Shown here: piece by piece, positions 34,281-49,556 of the stretch
Numbering within the stretch: the stretch's first letter is position 1
How the letters are laid out: every line of letters begins with the position of its first letter
DNA from: Hypanus sabinus
Lineage: Eukaryota
DNA length: 64,000 nt
NCBI RefSeq assembly: GCF_030144855.1
Contig: NC_082718.1
Location: forward strand, 92,628,001-92,692,000
Reading direction: 5' to 3'
Notes under the pieces: generated by a model
What the model was told of the DNA's origin: nothing
Databases searched by the model: none
The model's input: only the letters and a program-made list of their open reading frames with translations
Program-made: the position numbers and the translations under genes

Positions 34281-37200
34281 GCGTCAGCCGAATTACGTCC
34301 TCGAGCGGTTGTACTTTCTTTGCATTGTTACACGACTAAAGAAGCTATTCTTCGAGGAGCCAGAGAGAAACGGAAATTACTCTTTAATTAAACAGACATT
34401 CGTATAGTTGAAGATTATCCCCCCGAAATCTTGACCGAAAGAAAGAAATATCGAGAAGTTATGAGTGAAATGTATAAATTAGATTTAAATCCCTCTCTTC
34501 GCTTTCCAGCAAAGCTGATAATTTTCCGTGAAAAATCTCAACCATTGAGAATCTACTCTCCTCACGAGGGATGGGAGTATATTAAAAAGTTTAAAGTTAA
34601 GCCTTCTGAATAAAATATTAAAGTTACATCGATTATTCAATAGCCAATTTTGAAGTATCTGTTGTATGAGTTGTTGATGGAGCTTTTGAGTTAAGTACAT
34701 GTTATACCTTTTCACTCTCTGGTATGGGACGTGGTCGATTTAATTTTGTTTTTTACCTTAATTAATACATATATAACTGTTTTGTAGGGAACGTTTATGG
34801 TATTGTACTTTAGTGATCCGTGTAGGAGCTGTTGTGTATTAATCTTTGTATTTTTTATTTGTTTCTGTACTTATAGTTTTAGGTCTGTTATGTACATATA
34901 TTCATTTATTTTTCTTTTTCGAGAGAAAGAATATACTTTGTAACAATATTTACTCGGATTTATTCTTTCTTTTGAATATGTGTTTAAGCTACTTTAGCTG
35001 ATTCTAAGATGGCCGAGGTTGATTATGTTTTTATTAATGTTAGACACAACATTATAGTAGTTGAATTCTGTTTGTGCCTTTTATTATAGCTATTTTCCGT
35101 GGGAATTTTTTTATATATATGGAGCTGCAAGTTGGAGAACAGGGTCAAAGTTGATTAGTTAGCATGGGACCAGCCTATTGGTTTCTTCCTTTCTATCTAT
35201 TGGGCGGGGGGAGGGGGCAGGGGTCTATTACAGTCGGTGTTTTTCTTGATTGGGCAGTTCTTTTGATGGATTTCTCTATCGTAAATGTGTCACCCCTTCC
35301 GTTTGTACCCGCGTTTGGTTTAATCTGTACTTAAGTAACATTTCTTTTATATAATATTAAACTCAATTTTAAACATGGATGTTATTAAAATGAACATAAT
35401 ATCTTGGAATTGGAACGGTGTCAATCATCCCATTAAACGTAAAAAGGTTGTTAAGAAATTAAACACACAATGCTGGTACTATTTTTGCGCAAGAAAATCA
35501 TATACGAAAACAGGATGGGGATAGATTTTTTCGCTTTTGGAAAGGTTCTCTTTTTCACTCACTGTCGGATAGTAAAACAAGAGGCGTTTCTATATTCCTT
35601 AGTCTCAAAACCCTTTTTGTACACCTTAATTCTACTACTGATTTGATTGGAAGATATTTAATTGTTACTGGTTTATTATGCGAGCAAAAGGTAACTCTGG
35701 TGTGTGTATACGCACCTAATGTAGATAATTCTGATGTTTTAAAGAAACTTTTTTCAGTGTTCCCGAATCTCAATGAATATAAACTGATCATGGGTGGTGA
35801 CTTTAACTGTTGCTTAAATCCTGCGATTGACAGGTCATCAACCAATCCGTCGCGTCCTAAAAAAGCGGCATCTTGTATTAACTCTTTTTTATTAGAATAT
35901 GGCCTTGTCGATATTTGGAGATATAGACACCCGAATGATAAAGCTTTCTCCTTCTTTTCACACGTCCATCACAAATATTCTCGAATTGATTACTTTTTTT
36001 TAGATACACGTCTGTTGAACTCCGTTGTTGAATGTGCGTATGACATCATTGAGCTTTCAGATCACGCGCCTTTAAAGTTAACTTTTAAGCTCCCGGATAG
36101 AGTTTTGAAAATCTCACAATGGAGATTGAACCCCGTTTTGTTACGGGGTCCAGCTTTTGTTAATTTTAAGGAGCAAATTTCTATATTTTTTGAATTTAAT
36201 ACAAAGGAAGGAATGTCAAATCTGCTTATATGGGACACCTTGAAATCTTTTTGACGGGAGAGATAATCTCATATTCAGCAGCCTTGAGAAACAAAATTAA
36301 AGCGGAATTGTCAGTGCTTATTAATAAAATTAAACAGATAGATAAAGCGTATACAGTTAAACCTACTGAAAACCTTTATGAAGAAAGGGTCGAACTTCAA
36401 TCACAGTATGATTTACTTCGGACCTTTCCCACTGAACAGCAAATTTTTAAATCTAAAAGTTCATTTTATATACATGGGGAAAAATCTGCTGAACTTTTAG
36501 CGGGTCATTTAAAGGCTGGGATGGTCAGAAGACAGATTTTAAAAATTCGCCGGCCAGATAGAACAGAAACTTTAGATCCTTATGAAATTCAAAAGATATT
36601 TATGGACTTTTATTCTAATCTTTATAAATCTGAATTCTCTGATAGTAATATCACTATGAATAGATTTTTGCAAAGTCTAAACATACCTCAAATTTCGATT
36701 CAAGATGCTGATATGTTAGATGCACCTATTAAACAAGAGGAGATAGCCAAGGCTATATCCTCTATGCAATTAGGTAAAGCTCCGGGATCTGATGGTTATA
36801 CGGTAGAATTTTATAAGACCTTTCACGAAACGCTTATACCACATCTTTATCAAACGTTCACTGATTCTACATCTTCTGGGAACCTTCCTAAAACTTTTTA
36901 TGAAGTACTAATTTCATTGATTCTATAAAAAGGGAAAGACCCACTGGAATGTGTATCCTATGGACATATTTCTTTACCGAATGTAGATTTTAAAATCCTC
37001 TGTAAGATTCTAGCAAATGGCCTTGAGAGTATATTGCCTAATGTTATCTCAAACGATCAAGCAGGTTTTATTAAAAATAGGTACTCACATTTTAATATTC
37101 GAAGATTATTCAATATCATTTATTCCCCTTCAACCTAAGAATCTGAATGTGTTGTTTCTTTGGAGGCAGAGAAAGCCTTTGATAGGGTGGAGTGGCCTTA

Positions 37201-37398
37201 TCTATTTCAGGTTTTGAAGAGGTTCAATTCTGGTCCAGGATTTATCTCCTGGATTAAATTGATTTATCATGCCACGGTAGCTGCAGTTCTCACTAACAAC
37301 CAAAAGTATCCTTGCTTTAGATTATATAGAGGTACCCGTCAGGGCTGTCCCCTTAGCTCTCTATTATTTAATTTGGCTTTCGAACCACTTGCTATTGC
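34281..37398 (+). mobile_element. L1-clade LINE, 5' part (unit 2)
   Basis: Copy of 1930-5038. Confidence 0.93.
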
Positions 37399-37899
37399 AA
37401 TAATAATTAATAACCTCAACCATCAAGCTCTAGAACAAAAACGACACTCATTCTGTTTCAGCTGTTCCCACAACCAATGATCACACTTTATGAACACTTT
37501 ACATTGTTACTTCATGCTCACCTCATTTATTGCTATTTATTTATATTTGCATTTGCACAATGGTTCCCATGCTGAACTTCTCTATGATTTTAGATGAAAT
37601 TATAATACCTACAAAGAGTTGTTTTTCTGATTAGACTGAGGAAGATTGTGCTACAATTACTGGCGGGCTATGAGCAGAATTGACAGCCTCACTGGAGACC
37701 CATTCCTGGGCTGATTTTTCCATTGTGCAAAGCAGAACAGTAACACAGTCACAACATTTCAGAGACAAGTAAGCTTATTCAGAATGATCATATATGACGT
37801 TCTACATACAGCAAAATTCAACGCATTGCTAAGTTGTATTCAAAGTTTGTTAACTTTGCTCCCAGAAAGCATAAGATTCAATGCAATGCATGCAGAAAA

Positions 37900-39042
37900 G
37901 CAATATTACAACAGTCACGGTGGAATTCAATATGCAGGTAAATTGGGAAAATCAAGTTGGTGCTGGATTACTGGAGAGGGGGATTTCCAGAGTGCCTATG
38001 AGAGGGCTTTCTAGAGCAGCTGCTGGTTGAGCCCACTAGACGGCCAGCTATTCTGGATTAGGTGTTGTGCGATAAACCAGAGTTGATTAGAGAGCTTAAG
38101 GTAAAAGAAACCTCAGGGGAAATTGATCATAATTTGATTGCATTCACCCTGAAATCTGAGAAGGGAAGTTAAAGTCAGATGTATCAGTATTACAGTGGAG
38201 TAAAGGGAATTACAGAAGCATGAGGGAGGATTTGACCAGAATAACTGGCAGGGCTGATAGTAGAACAGCAATACCTAGAATTTCTGGAAGCTATTCGGAA
38301 AACTGAGGATATATACATCCCAGAGAGGATGAAGCACTTTAAAGGAAAGATGACAAACCATGGCTAACAAGAGAAGTCAAAGCCAACATAAAAGCCAAAC
38401 AGACGGCATATAATAGAGTGAAAATTAGTGGGAAGTTAGAGGATTGGGGAGCTTTTAAAAAGCAACAGAAGGCATTAAGAATATCACTTGGAAGGTAAGG
38501 ATGCAATACAGAAGTGAGCTAAGCAATAATATTAAAGAGTTTAATACAAACAGCTTCCTCAGATACATAAACAATAAAAGAGAAGTGAGAGTGGATATTG
38601 GACCATTGCAAAATCACGCTGGACTGGTAGTAATGGGAGGCTATGAAATAGCAAAGAAACAGACCAATTATTTGGCATCCATTTTCACTGTGGAAGACAC
38701 TAGCAGGAAGGTGGAGGCTCCAGTGACAGGGGTCGTGAAGTGTGAGAAGCTGCCATGACTGGAGAGAAGACTCTTGGAAAGCTGGAAGGTCTGAAGGTAG
38801 ATAAGTTACCTCGACCAGATACTGTATGCTCCAGATTTCTGAAGAGATTGTGGAGATATCAGGCAATATCTTTCAAGAATCACTGGATTCTGGAATGGTT
38901 CCGGAAGATGGGAAAATTGCCAAAGTCACCACACTCTTCAAAAAAGGAGAGAAAGGAAAAGGAAACTGTAGGCCAGTTCATCTCACCTCGGTGTTGGGAA
39001 GATGTCAGAGTTGATCATTAAGGATGAGGTCTCAGGGTACTG
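37900..39042 (+). mobile_element. CR1 internal fragment (unit 2)
   Basis: Copy of 5540-6695. Confidence 0.85.
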
Positions 39043-40187
39043 GTAAATTGGTCCTGCAGATGCCCTCAGTGAAATGAGCAAAACATTATTCAAATCCATC
39101 TAAATATATTTAATTGCAGTTCTGTGCATATTACTCACAGAGTACAGCGAGATAAGCACATTCCTAGAGTAGATTTCGTGTTACCACAAATATCTGCAGA
39201 ATGGAAGTTAAAAGTCAGTTCTGCTCTCCTTCATGCAGCCTGGCCACGATTCCCCATGCTTCTGGGAGGAGAGGCTGCAACGGTCTCTCGGGCCACACTG
39301 CATCGTGATGTTTAGAATGTGGTGAAGCAGTTCAGTGCGTATTAAAATCATTCACTGCTGCACAGCTGCCCTACTCATAGTTCTCAATAACTAGCGTACC
39401 TCTGCATACGAGCATGCATGCAGTTAAATCACAAGCATATATCTGAGCACACACGACCGTGCATCACAACGTTCTTCCACATTCTAGCTTCCCCAATTCA
39501 ACTATCTGCATGTGTGCAATCGTGCACGTATGCATAGACGTACTGAAGCTCAGGCTGGCCTGTGTGAAATAATGGAATAAACAACGCTGGAGATATTTTA
39601 ATTTGATTCTGTGGGTGCGGCGGGAGGGTTTGGGGGCAGGATGTGGAAAGCACCTGCTATCCCAGTATCCCACACGCCCTTGTTTGTAAAGACATTCTTC
39701 ACAAGGGATGTTCGGTGTTCATTCTTTTCAACACTGCCATCTTGTGTTGGAGTTCTTAGCTGCAAACAAGTGATCCACAACAGTCATTTCCAAAGAATTA
39801 GAGCAAGTAAATTGCTGTTGGTTGACATTCCTAGATGGAGCCGACCAGGTTAGCATAATTATTTTAACATTAGTATAGCAGAGAGGCTCTTACAACACTC
39901 TGGTAACTTCATTGGCACCCATAAGACATAGGAGCAGAATTGGGCCATTCAGCCCATCGATTCTACTCCATCATTCCATCATGATTGATTCATTATTCTT
40001 CTCAATCTCGTTCTCCTGCCTCATTCCCATACCTTTCATGCCCTGATTAATCAAGAACCCATCAACCTCCACTTTAAATGCACCAAATGATTTCACCACC
40101 AAAGTCATCCGTGGCAAAGAATTCCCCAGATTTGCCACCCTCTGGTTTAAGAAGTGCATAGTCATCTCTGTTGCAAATCCTGATCAT

Positions 40188-41194
40188 CCTTGGGAAACAG
40201 AACTTAACCTTACTATCCCTATTGAGAATTGGGATAAAATTCTTCAATTAGTCAATTTATCATCTATATGTGCTAAACATTCATTAATATAGTTTAAAGT
40301 TGAGCACAGGGCTCATATGTCCAAGGATAAGTTGGCTCGTTTTTATTCCTATATAAATCCTATATGTGACAGATGTCATTCTGAGATAGCGTCTTTATCT
40401 CAAATGTTTTGGTCAGGTCCGCTTTTGAAAAAATATTGGAAAGACATTTTCGATATTTTTCCACGGTATTGAACATTGATTTACAACCTCATCCTATTAC
40501 TGCAATTTTTGGTTTACCAATAATGGACTCAATCCATTTATCTTCTTCTGCTTGTCGAATGATTGTATTTCTTACATTAATGGCTAGAAGATCTATTTTG
40601 TTGAATTGGAAATAAATTAATCCCCCTACTGTATTTCATTGGCTTTCTCAAACTATGTTATGTCTAAATTTGGAGAAAATTAGAAGTGTTGTATTTCACC
40701 CTTCTATTAAATTTGAAAAGACATGGAGACCATTTATTCAATATTTTCATATGATGTAATTTGACCCTGCTCCAAACCTATTCGTTTTTCCGCTTTTGAT
40801 TATACATATGTTGAGACAATCGGATTTGGCAACACTGATGATTTTGTATTTTTTTTTATTAAAGATACTATAAACAGCCCCTTATTCATTATATATTTTC
40901 TTCCTTTTTTCTCTTTATTAGTTATTAGGCTTTAGATTACTTTTTCTTAGGGTTATTTTTTTTTTGTTTTTCTCTTTTCTTTTTTTTACATATATATGAT
41001 ATACCAAGTTTTGCTTTGTTTATATGATAATTGTATCATTCATGATTTCGGAAGACTTGACTATATTGTAACTATTGATTGTGTATCCTTTCATGTTCAG
41101 TTTAAAATTTGAAGTTTGTAATCCCACTATCTATGTATTAATCTTATCATGTTGATATTAATAATAAGAAGAAGAAGATTAAAAAAGAAGGAAA
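40188..41194 (+). mobile_element. 3' fragment of the second L1 family (unit 2)
   Basis: Copy of 7841-8847. Confidence 0.88.
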
Positions 41195-41671
41195 AGATTA
41201 CTGCAGATACTGATGGGCAGTCAGTCAACCTGAGATTGGCCCACTATAACGGGTAGAAGCTAGCGACAATGGAGACACGCAGGTTGAATTCATGTGAGGA
41301 AGCAGTTGCTTCTACGGAAAGAGAAATCCTAAATACCCATACATAGCATACAACCCTTCCCATTAAACCAGGAAATCCAATCTGTGTTCCACCGACCCTT
41401 CAGGTAATTGTAAGACCCCAAGGCATTAAAAAAATTGGGGAAGCTGCTTTAAAGAAAGGAAGAGTTTCTTAACGAACAAGCTCTGAAATAAACTGAGTTT
41501 TGTAGATACGATGCAATCTCTTCTCTACATAAAGGGAAGTGTATTAGGGAACTTGTTCGGTCAGATCAACTTACCCTTCAGAAAAAATATTACCATTTGA
41601 TCATTTTCTGCTTTCGAGCGCATTAATCACCTTTGCTTTGAGGGCATCTAGTACACGCGGACCCTGAGCGA

Positions 41672-42680
41672 TCAGAAAGCTGTTACAGAGCTCGTTTGCT
41701 GATCCACAGTCTGCTCCTCCCTGGATGTTCCGGGTTCAGTGGCTGATCTGGAAGAGCTTAAAATGAGATCAAATAGAGCCTTCTCGAAAGCATGTTGAAA
41801 CTACGAAGTAGAAAAATCGTAAACAATGGGATCGACCACACTGTTCAGATACGTTATAAACAGCGTATTGTAAAAGATATTCACTGCTGTGTGATACGAC
41901 TTGCAGTCGAAGGGTCTTCTTAGTTTAGTGACCAAAACCGCGACCACAGCAACACTGGTGGGCAAGAAGCAAATGACAAAAACTGCAGCCACGACTGTCA
42001 CAAGTTTCACAGTTCGCTTATATTTACCCCGCATTCCAGTTTCCATCTGCCGTAACCTCCAGATGATGGAGGACGTAGAGAAGAGGATTACTGAAACTGA
42101 CAAAAGAAACTGAAAGAATATAAAAATAAAGTCAGTCCAAACTGCTGTGGGACTCAGAGCCTTGTTAATGCTGAAAGGCTCACAGTTTCTCACGTTGTGC
42201 TGTTTGAAATCATGTTTGTCTATCAGCAAGTGCAAACAAATAGCCGCTGCTACAATCCACAGACCGCCGGCTATCACCACCGCACACCTTGTAGTGATCT
42301 TGTTTACTTTGTGGAGTGGATGGACCACCTTAAAGTAACGATCGATCGCAATAACCATGAGGAAAGAAGACGCTGCCAATCCGGTTCAGGCAAATCATAA
42401 AAATGTTCAGTCGACACAGTCCATCACCAAAAATCCAGTCCTTCCCTCGGAGAAAATAATCAGCTCGGAAGGGTAGACAGCACAATAACAGAGTGTCCGC
42501 AATCATCAGATTCAGTGAATACACAATACTCGGTTTCCGGGACTTCACATGAGCACAAAAGATCCACAAAGCAACCGTATTTCCAACAATCCCGAGGATG
42601 AATGTAACGATAATTACGGGCGGGTTGTAGGACGAGTTAACATCTTCACCAGGAGCACATTCCGGGGTCGAGTTCGCCAT
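41672..42680 (-). pseudogene. HCAR/OXER1-like GPCR, type B copy 2, pseudogene
   Basis: Same 1-bp insertion (~42366) and TAG stop (41801-41803) as B copy 1, plus Pro>Ser in TM5 and YY>YD after DPIV. Confidence 0.9.
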
Positions 42681-45600
42681 TGTACTAAAAAGCGGCCGCA
42701 CAGTCAAGATGTTTCAGAGCGGAGCGAACTCTTTCGAAGTTGAAGAAGCTGGTCTTCGTCGTATGAGTTTGTTCTCCTGTGGGTGGGGTATATGGGCGGG
42801 GTGAAATAGTCAAGAGCACCAATAAGTTGTGCGATCAAATCATTGACAACGTTCCGGAAAAACTAGAAGCAGAATCATTCAAATGAAGTAACAATAAAAT
42901 ACATTTAGTTTGTATTGCCAGGCTTGAAATTCTGCAGTACTTCGTTTTCTTGTTGAGTGCTTGAACAAGTTTACATTAACAATTAACTAATCATGGGGCA
43001 TAATTTTAATCTGATTGGAGGGAGGTATAAGGGGATATCAGGGGCAGAGTTTTTTAAGCAGCGAGGTTGGGTGCGAGGAACTGGCTGCCAGGTTTGGCGG
43101 TGGAGGCAGATACATCAGGGGCATTTCAGGCACATGGATGACAGAAAAATGGAGGACTATGTAGGACGGAAGGATTAGACTGATCTTAAAGTCGATTAAA
43201 ATGTCGCCAACATTGTACTGTAATATGATATGCTCTTTATAAGGGGGGGGGGGGTGCTGTTCTGTAATAGAAATCAACCCCAAAAATTATATCACTCTGT
43301 AATTGAAGTTATTTTTACAAAATCTCCTCACGACAATTTATATCAAAATGCATTTGAATAGGAATTAAAACCAGAAAACGAATGAAACTCCCAGCATGTC
43401 AACTAATGACAGAAGAGCTTATGCTTCAGCATGTAGGTCTCTTTTTATTTTCAATTTCAGCAGTTTTTGATTGTCTTTGGACGTAGAGATGCCTCTCTGA
43501 ACATCACCTGATATCAGTGAAGGTGCTCTGTTTAACAAACACTTTTTGTATTTTCAGGAAATGTGATAGAGACGTCCTCTTGTTTGGGGAAGTGATCACC
43601 CCGAATGGGATCTGACAGCGCATTAACCAGATACTAGATTCGGCGAGAACACAGCATTGTATTCGAATTCCATTATTTCTGAACACCAGGGATATAGATA
43701 GAGTAAATGCAAGAACGGTTTTCACTGAAATTGGGTGGGACGGCAACTAGATGTCCTGGGTTAAGGTGGGGGAGTGAAAAGATTAAGGGGAACGGGGGCT
43801 GGGGATTTCTTCACTCGGAGGGTTGCGAGAGGGTGGAACCAGCTGCCAGCACAAGTGGGGCATGAAAGTTCAATTTAAACGTATAATAGAAGTTACCATA
43901 GGTACATGGATGGTAGAGCTGTGGAAAGCTTTGGTACCGGTGCAGATCAATGCTAACAGGCAGATTAAATGGTTTAGTACGCAATACATAGGCCAAAGGG
44001 CATGTTTCTGTGCTGTACGTTTCTATGTTTCTGATTTTACATGACAATAAAATATCTACAAAGCAGTTGTATTTCTGACTAGTCCTAGGACGATTGTTAT
44101 AATAATTACTGGTGGGCTGTGAGTAGAATCGACTACCTCGATGGAGACACGTTGCTGGGCTGAATTGTCCATTGTTCAAAACGCCACAGTAAACACAGTC
44201 ACCGTCTCCGAGACAAGAAAACTTAATCAAAGATGAAAATATCTTCATACAGCAAAACTCAGAACATCAGTAAGTCGTGTCCAAAGTTTATTAGCAGTGC
44301 TGTAATGATTTAACTCAATGAAATATATCCAGCGTGATTAACAGAATGTAATAGCTACTCGATATTAGGTACATAAACCATTTTATAGCCCTATCAAAGC
44401 TCTGAAACTTTCTTTATTATTCAGAGTGCAGTGCCAATTCAGTTGAAATGCACCTTCTCTACCTAAACTAAAGTTGCCCCTTTGGAAGCCCACCCTACTC
44501 CAGTTCCTCTCATAAACTGATAATTTGGTCCAACAGGTGCCCCCAGTGAGCTGAGCAGAATATTATTCAAATCCATCTCATTGATTATACAGAATTGCTT
44601 TTCCGTACACTTTATTCACACAGTACAGAGAGAGACAACCGTATTCCCAGAGTAGATTTTCTGTTTCCACAAGGATCTACTGAATGAAGGTTAGAAGTGA
44701 TTTCTGCTCTCTTTCATGCAGCCTGCGCATGGTTTATCATGGTTGTAGGAGGGGAGGCAGCAATAGTTCCTCGGGCCACTCTCCATTCATGGTGTTTGGG
44801 ATGTGCTGAGGCAATTCAGTCTGTATTCAAGTCATTCACTGCTGCCCTACTCATAGTGATAAATACCAGGCATACGTATGCATGCACGCACTTAAGGCAC
44901 AAATATATATGTGAGCACGCACATGCGCGCATGCACACGCACAACCAACCTTGCATCACAACGTTCGTCCACATTCACCTCACCCCAATGCAACTGTCTG
45001 CATGCGTAAGTGGAAAATAATGGTACTAAGGTCAACAGAAGTATTTTGATTGGATTCTGGGGGTGGGGGGTGGGGCTGTAATAAAAGAACCTGCAGTCCC
45101 AGAACCGCACACGTTCCTGTTTGCAAAGGCATTCTTCACAAGGACTGTTGAGTTCAACACTGCCATCTCGGGTTTGAGTTCTATGCTGCAAACAAATGAT
45201 GCACGAATTTCATTTCAAAAGAATTCATGATCAAAAAAACTCAGTGGAGAGTAAATTTCTCAAGAACAGCCACTCTGCCCTTATCGGCAGGTTTCTGGTG
45301 TTCCCACAACCACTGATTTCACGTTAAGGACGCTTTATCTTGTTACTGCATGTTCTCGTTAGACATTGCTGTTTACTGTACTTATACCTCAGTTTGCACA
45401 GTCTGGTGTTCATCGGTCCTGTTAACAGTTACGTGATCTATAGATTTGTTCAGTATGTCCGCAGGAAAAAGAATCTCAGGGTTGTGTGTGTGTGGTGACA
45501 CGTATGAGCTCTGATATTAGATTTTACTTTGAAATGTCAACATGATTGTCTGATTAGATATCTGCATTAATGAGCGGGGGATAGGTGTATCTAATAAAGT

Positions 45601-46356
45601 GGCCACTGAGTGTGTACTGGGATTTAGGCAAAAGTCCATAATGGCCACTGGCCACTGTGAGCGCAGGGATACTGCAGGTACGGTACCTGCTGACCAGAAT
45701 TCCGGGCAGTCCTGCTGATCTCAATCTGGGAAATACTTCAGATTCTACAGGATCTCCCAGAGTATCAGAGCAGCCCTGCAGGCAGATTATTTAAGCAATG
45801 GAAGCACGAGCCTGTTGAAGACCAGCGGCACCACTTGCACCTCTGTCGTTCCCTCACATCGCCTGTGATTTATCCCGAAGAGGAGACAATGGCGCTTTTG
45901 CTGGCATCTTCGGAACAGCTCTATTTCCATCTTTAATATCTCCATTTTCCCCTTTCGGGGTCCTTTTCACGATCCTGACCTGGAGTTACACGGTGACCTC
46001 GGGAACCGCTCCCGGGGTGTCACGACTGCCCGCTATTCGATATGTCAGGGATGCAGCCTGAGAGAGTTAGCTCGCCTCCGGAGTTCCGGGATCTCGTGGC
46101 CCTGGAGACGGGCGGACCGAAGGTCGGTGCCTCTGCAGGAATCCGGTGTCGCGGGAGACGGAAGATCGAAAGCAGCGAGCTGGCTGCCGGCTGTGTGCCC
46201 GGAGACCCCAGTTCTCGGGGCGCAGAGCTCGGAAAAAGCGACGCAACGGACTTCTAACATCACAGAGCAGAGAGTCGTTTGTTATGTCTCCCCTCTCGCT
46301 ACGAAACGGAGATATCGCTTTCTCCCTTATTAGGGGGAGAGGGAGAGGGAGAGAGG

Positions 46357-46396
<40 letters not shown>

Positions 46397-49300
46397 GGGA
46401 GAGAGAGAGTGAGATGGGGGGGGGGGAGAGACTGAGAGCCTGTGGTATGTCGAATACCGGACGAACGAGTAGTCTTTGGGGTGCCTTCGCCCACTGTTGT
46501 GCGGTAACTGCGCACATGACTGCCTCATTCAACAAATACAAGGTGCCATCTGACTTTGGGAACCCCTGGCCTACAGCTGCTCAGAGTACAGAAAGAGCTT
46601 TCGGGATGGAACTGAGAAGCTCATGCCCATACTTCAGAAACTCAATGGGCTGCACACACCTCACCTACACCCACCCGACACTCCATCAGGAGGCATCTGC
46701 CTTTCCGTGGAGGACCAGAAAAACATCAAGTATTCAACTGGAATTAGGCTAGTCAGACCAGTGAGTCTGCTCCACTCACTAAGCATGTCTGAATTTCTCT
46801 TTTCAACTCCATTCTCCCAACTTCATTCTATAACCCTTAACCCCAAACAAACACCTACAAATCGTTATCTGAAATACACTCAATGATTTGACCTTCACCG
46901 CCCTGGATGACAATGAATTCCACAGATTCCCCACACTCTGCCTGAGCAAATTCCTCATTCCAGTTCTAGTGAGATGCCCACTTATTCTGAAACTGTGCCC
47001 GTGGATACAAGATCATTTGATTCTCTCCTACTGATGGAAACATCCTCTCCACTTGCACATCGTCCAGGTTTGTGGTTCTGTATATTCAGCTGTCTAATTA
47101 TCACAGAATGTAAAAAAAATATCTGTAGGGTTGGACAGGGGTTGAGAATGCTCCTGATCTCAAGTGGTGAACATTTTGCAGACCTCATGTGTATTTAATA
47201 CTCTGTAATAGTTGAGAACTCTTGTATATATATATATATATATTGATTGATTGATTAAGGATTCTTGTTATAATTAATTTTAATTTCTGTGTAAATTACA
47301 TACATTGCATACGTCATCACATGGTATGTGTGCGACTCCTTTGAAGTAAAAGAACTAACTTAAGACATATCTCTCAGCTCTTGTTCGCTTTTGAATTAGT
47401 TTAATATTTTGAAGTTTCAAAACATAACACAGAGTCATCAAACAATTTTGCTTCCTCGTAATCATGCAAGCAATGGAGCACAAAATGATATCATTGAAGC
47501 TGCTGTACTTAAGCAACTGTTCTTTTTTTATTTAAGGAATTGTAATAAAAGAAGTTCATCTACTTCCTCTGGTTCGGGGAAATGATTCAGCTTGAGTGGC
47601 AAGGTTCCTGAACAGAATGGTTTAAAAATATCTGAGTGGATGAAAATCTAACCTGGTGTGCAATGGAGATGCAGAGAGACATGATGGGACCAGGAAAGAG
47701 GAAACTGTCAAAACAGCAGAGGGCTTCAGAGGTATCACAACCATCTGTGATCCTTTGGCTTGTAGGGAAATATTAGAATCAAACTGTGAGTTATAAAACT
47801 AATGCTGGAGGGTAAATAGAGTCTTCGAGGGAAATATATTAGGGATTCCTATGAGGGATGAAAACCTGATGCTCAGTGGTGGGTCGTGATCCTGTTGGAA
47901 ATATCAGCAAGTGTCCAGGAGAGAGTAATTTGCATGAGCACTGACACACTAACATTGTCAGCAGGTCTGATGACATTGCAGGAGTCATTCTTATTGAAGG
48001 GAGAGTTGCAAATTCAGGTTCACTCGGTCAGAGTGAGCAAATTGAAACAATTAGTGCTGAGTTGGCAGAGAGTGATGAATGGATCTGGAGAAGGAAAGGT
48101 CTTTGAAAAGGGACCCAGTCTTGTGGAGGATTCTGGAAATGGGGAACCTCAGTGTTGAGGGCACCTGACCATGGGAACTCAGATTTTTAAGCACTTCTCA
48201 AGAGAGTCTGGAATCAGCATCACTCAAAATTCTCATGGGAATAGCAGTAGATGAATAGCCTGCAGTAAACTGCTCCTAGTGTTACACCATAAGGCCATAA
48301 GATATAGGTGCAGAGTTAGTCCATTTGGCCCATTGACTCTGATCTGCCATTTCATCATGGCTGACCTACTTTCCCTCTCAGCCCCAATCACCTGCCTTGT
48401 TTCCATATCTCTGCATGCCCTGACTAATTGAGAACCTATCAACCTCTGACTTTAATACTCCCAATGGCCTGGCATCCACAGCCACCTGTGGGAATGGATT
48501 GGACAGAGTGACCTTTCGCTGGATAAAGAAATTGTTCCTCATCTCCGTTTAAAAGGCGTCCTTCTATTCTGAAACTGTGCCTTCTGGCCTTACATGACCC
48601 CACCAGAGGAAACATCCTCTCCACATACAAATCTGGTAGGTGGTAGAATGCGGCAGGAAGAAAAGAGGATGTGGAGAGAATTTTTAAAATGTTATATTAA
48701 CTTAGTATTTGGGTAAAAGGAGGTTTGACAGTCACCAGAAACATAATGGGGTAAATCATTCATTTCTCACTGTGACGTTGTGCTTTGCAAAGAGAATGAA
48801 CAATATGTGCACCCAAAAACCAACAATTTTAAGATTTTTAGTTGCCATGAACCACACTGAACATGCACTTTGAAACACAAATGGAACATGAACTTTGTCA
48901 CACAAATGGATCTGTGACAAGCCTCACTCTATAGTAAACAGCTTCTTTCACCATCAGCTCTTTAACCATATTAGGAGCAATTTCTCATTCTATTTCTTCA
49001 CTCAGACTGACTCCCTCCCTTCCCATCCAGGGTATGTGGTGTTAAACTAAAAGCAATCCCAAATGGTCAGAGTGGAAGTGTGCGCTTACGTTCTCAATAA
49101 GGCCCCCGATTTCAGGTGCCCTGTTAGCTGCCAGATCCAGAAGGAACGTTGGCATCATTCACGTTCCTACTCACGAATAATAGCCTAGAAACAGCTACTG
49201 CATATACGTTAAGGATTTGACCACACGTTACAATACACTCAGTGGCTACTTTATTAGGTAAATCGTCAACCTAATAAAGAGGTGACTGAGTGTATGTTCA

Positions 49301-49556
49301 TATTCCTCTGCTGCTGTAGCCAATCTATTTCAAGGCTCAGCATTCTGAGATGCTCATTTGCATCATGCTGTTGTAACAAATAGTTATCGGAGTTCCTGTC
49401 AGCAAGAACCCACCTGGCCATTCTCCTCTGGCCTCTCTCATTAACAAAACGTTTTCACCAACAGAATTGCTTCTCACTGGATGTTTTCTTTTTTTGTTTT
49501 TTGGTCCATTCTCCAATTAAGAGCAATAATTAATTAATTTATAATATTAATTATTA

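Larger units (their letters stand above)
37413..49515 (-). repeat. Inverted, circularly permuted monomer (B type), second copy
   Basis: Same junction fillers and content as 5053-17230. Confidence 0.9.
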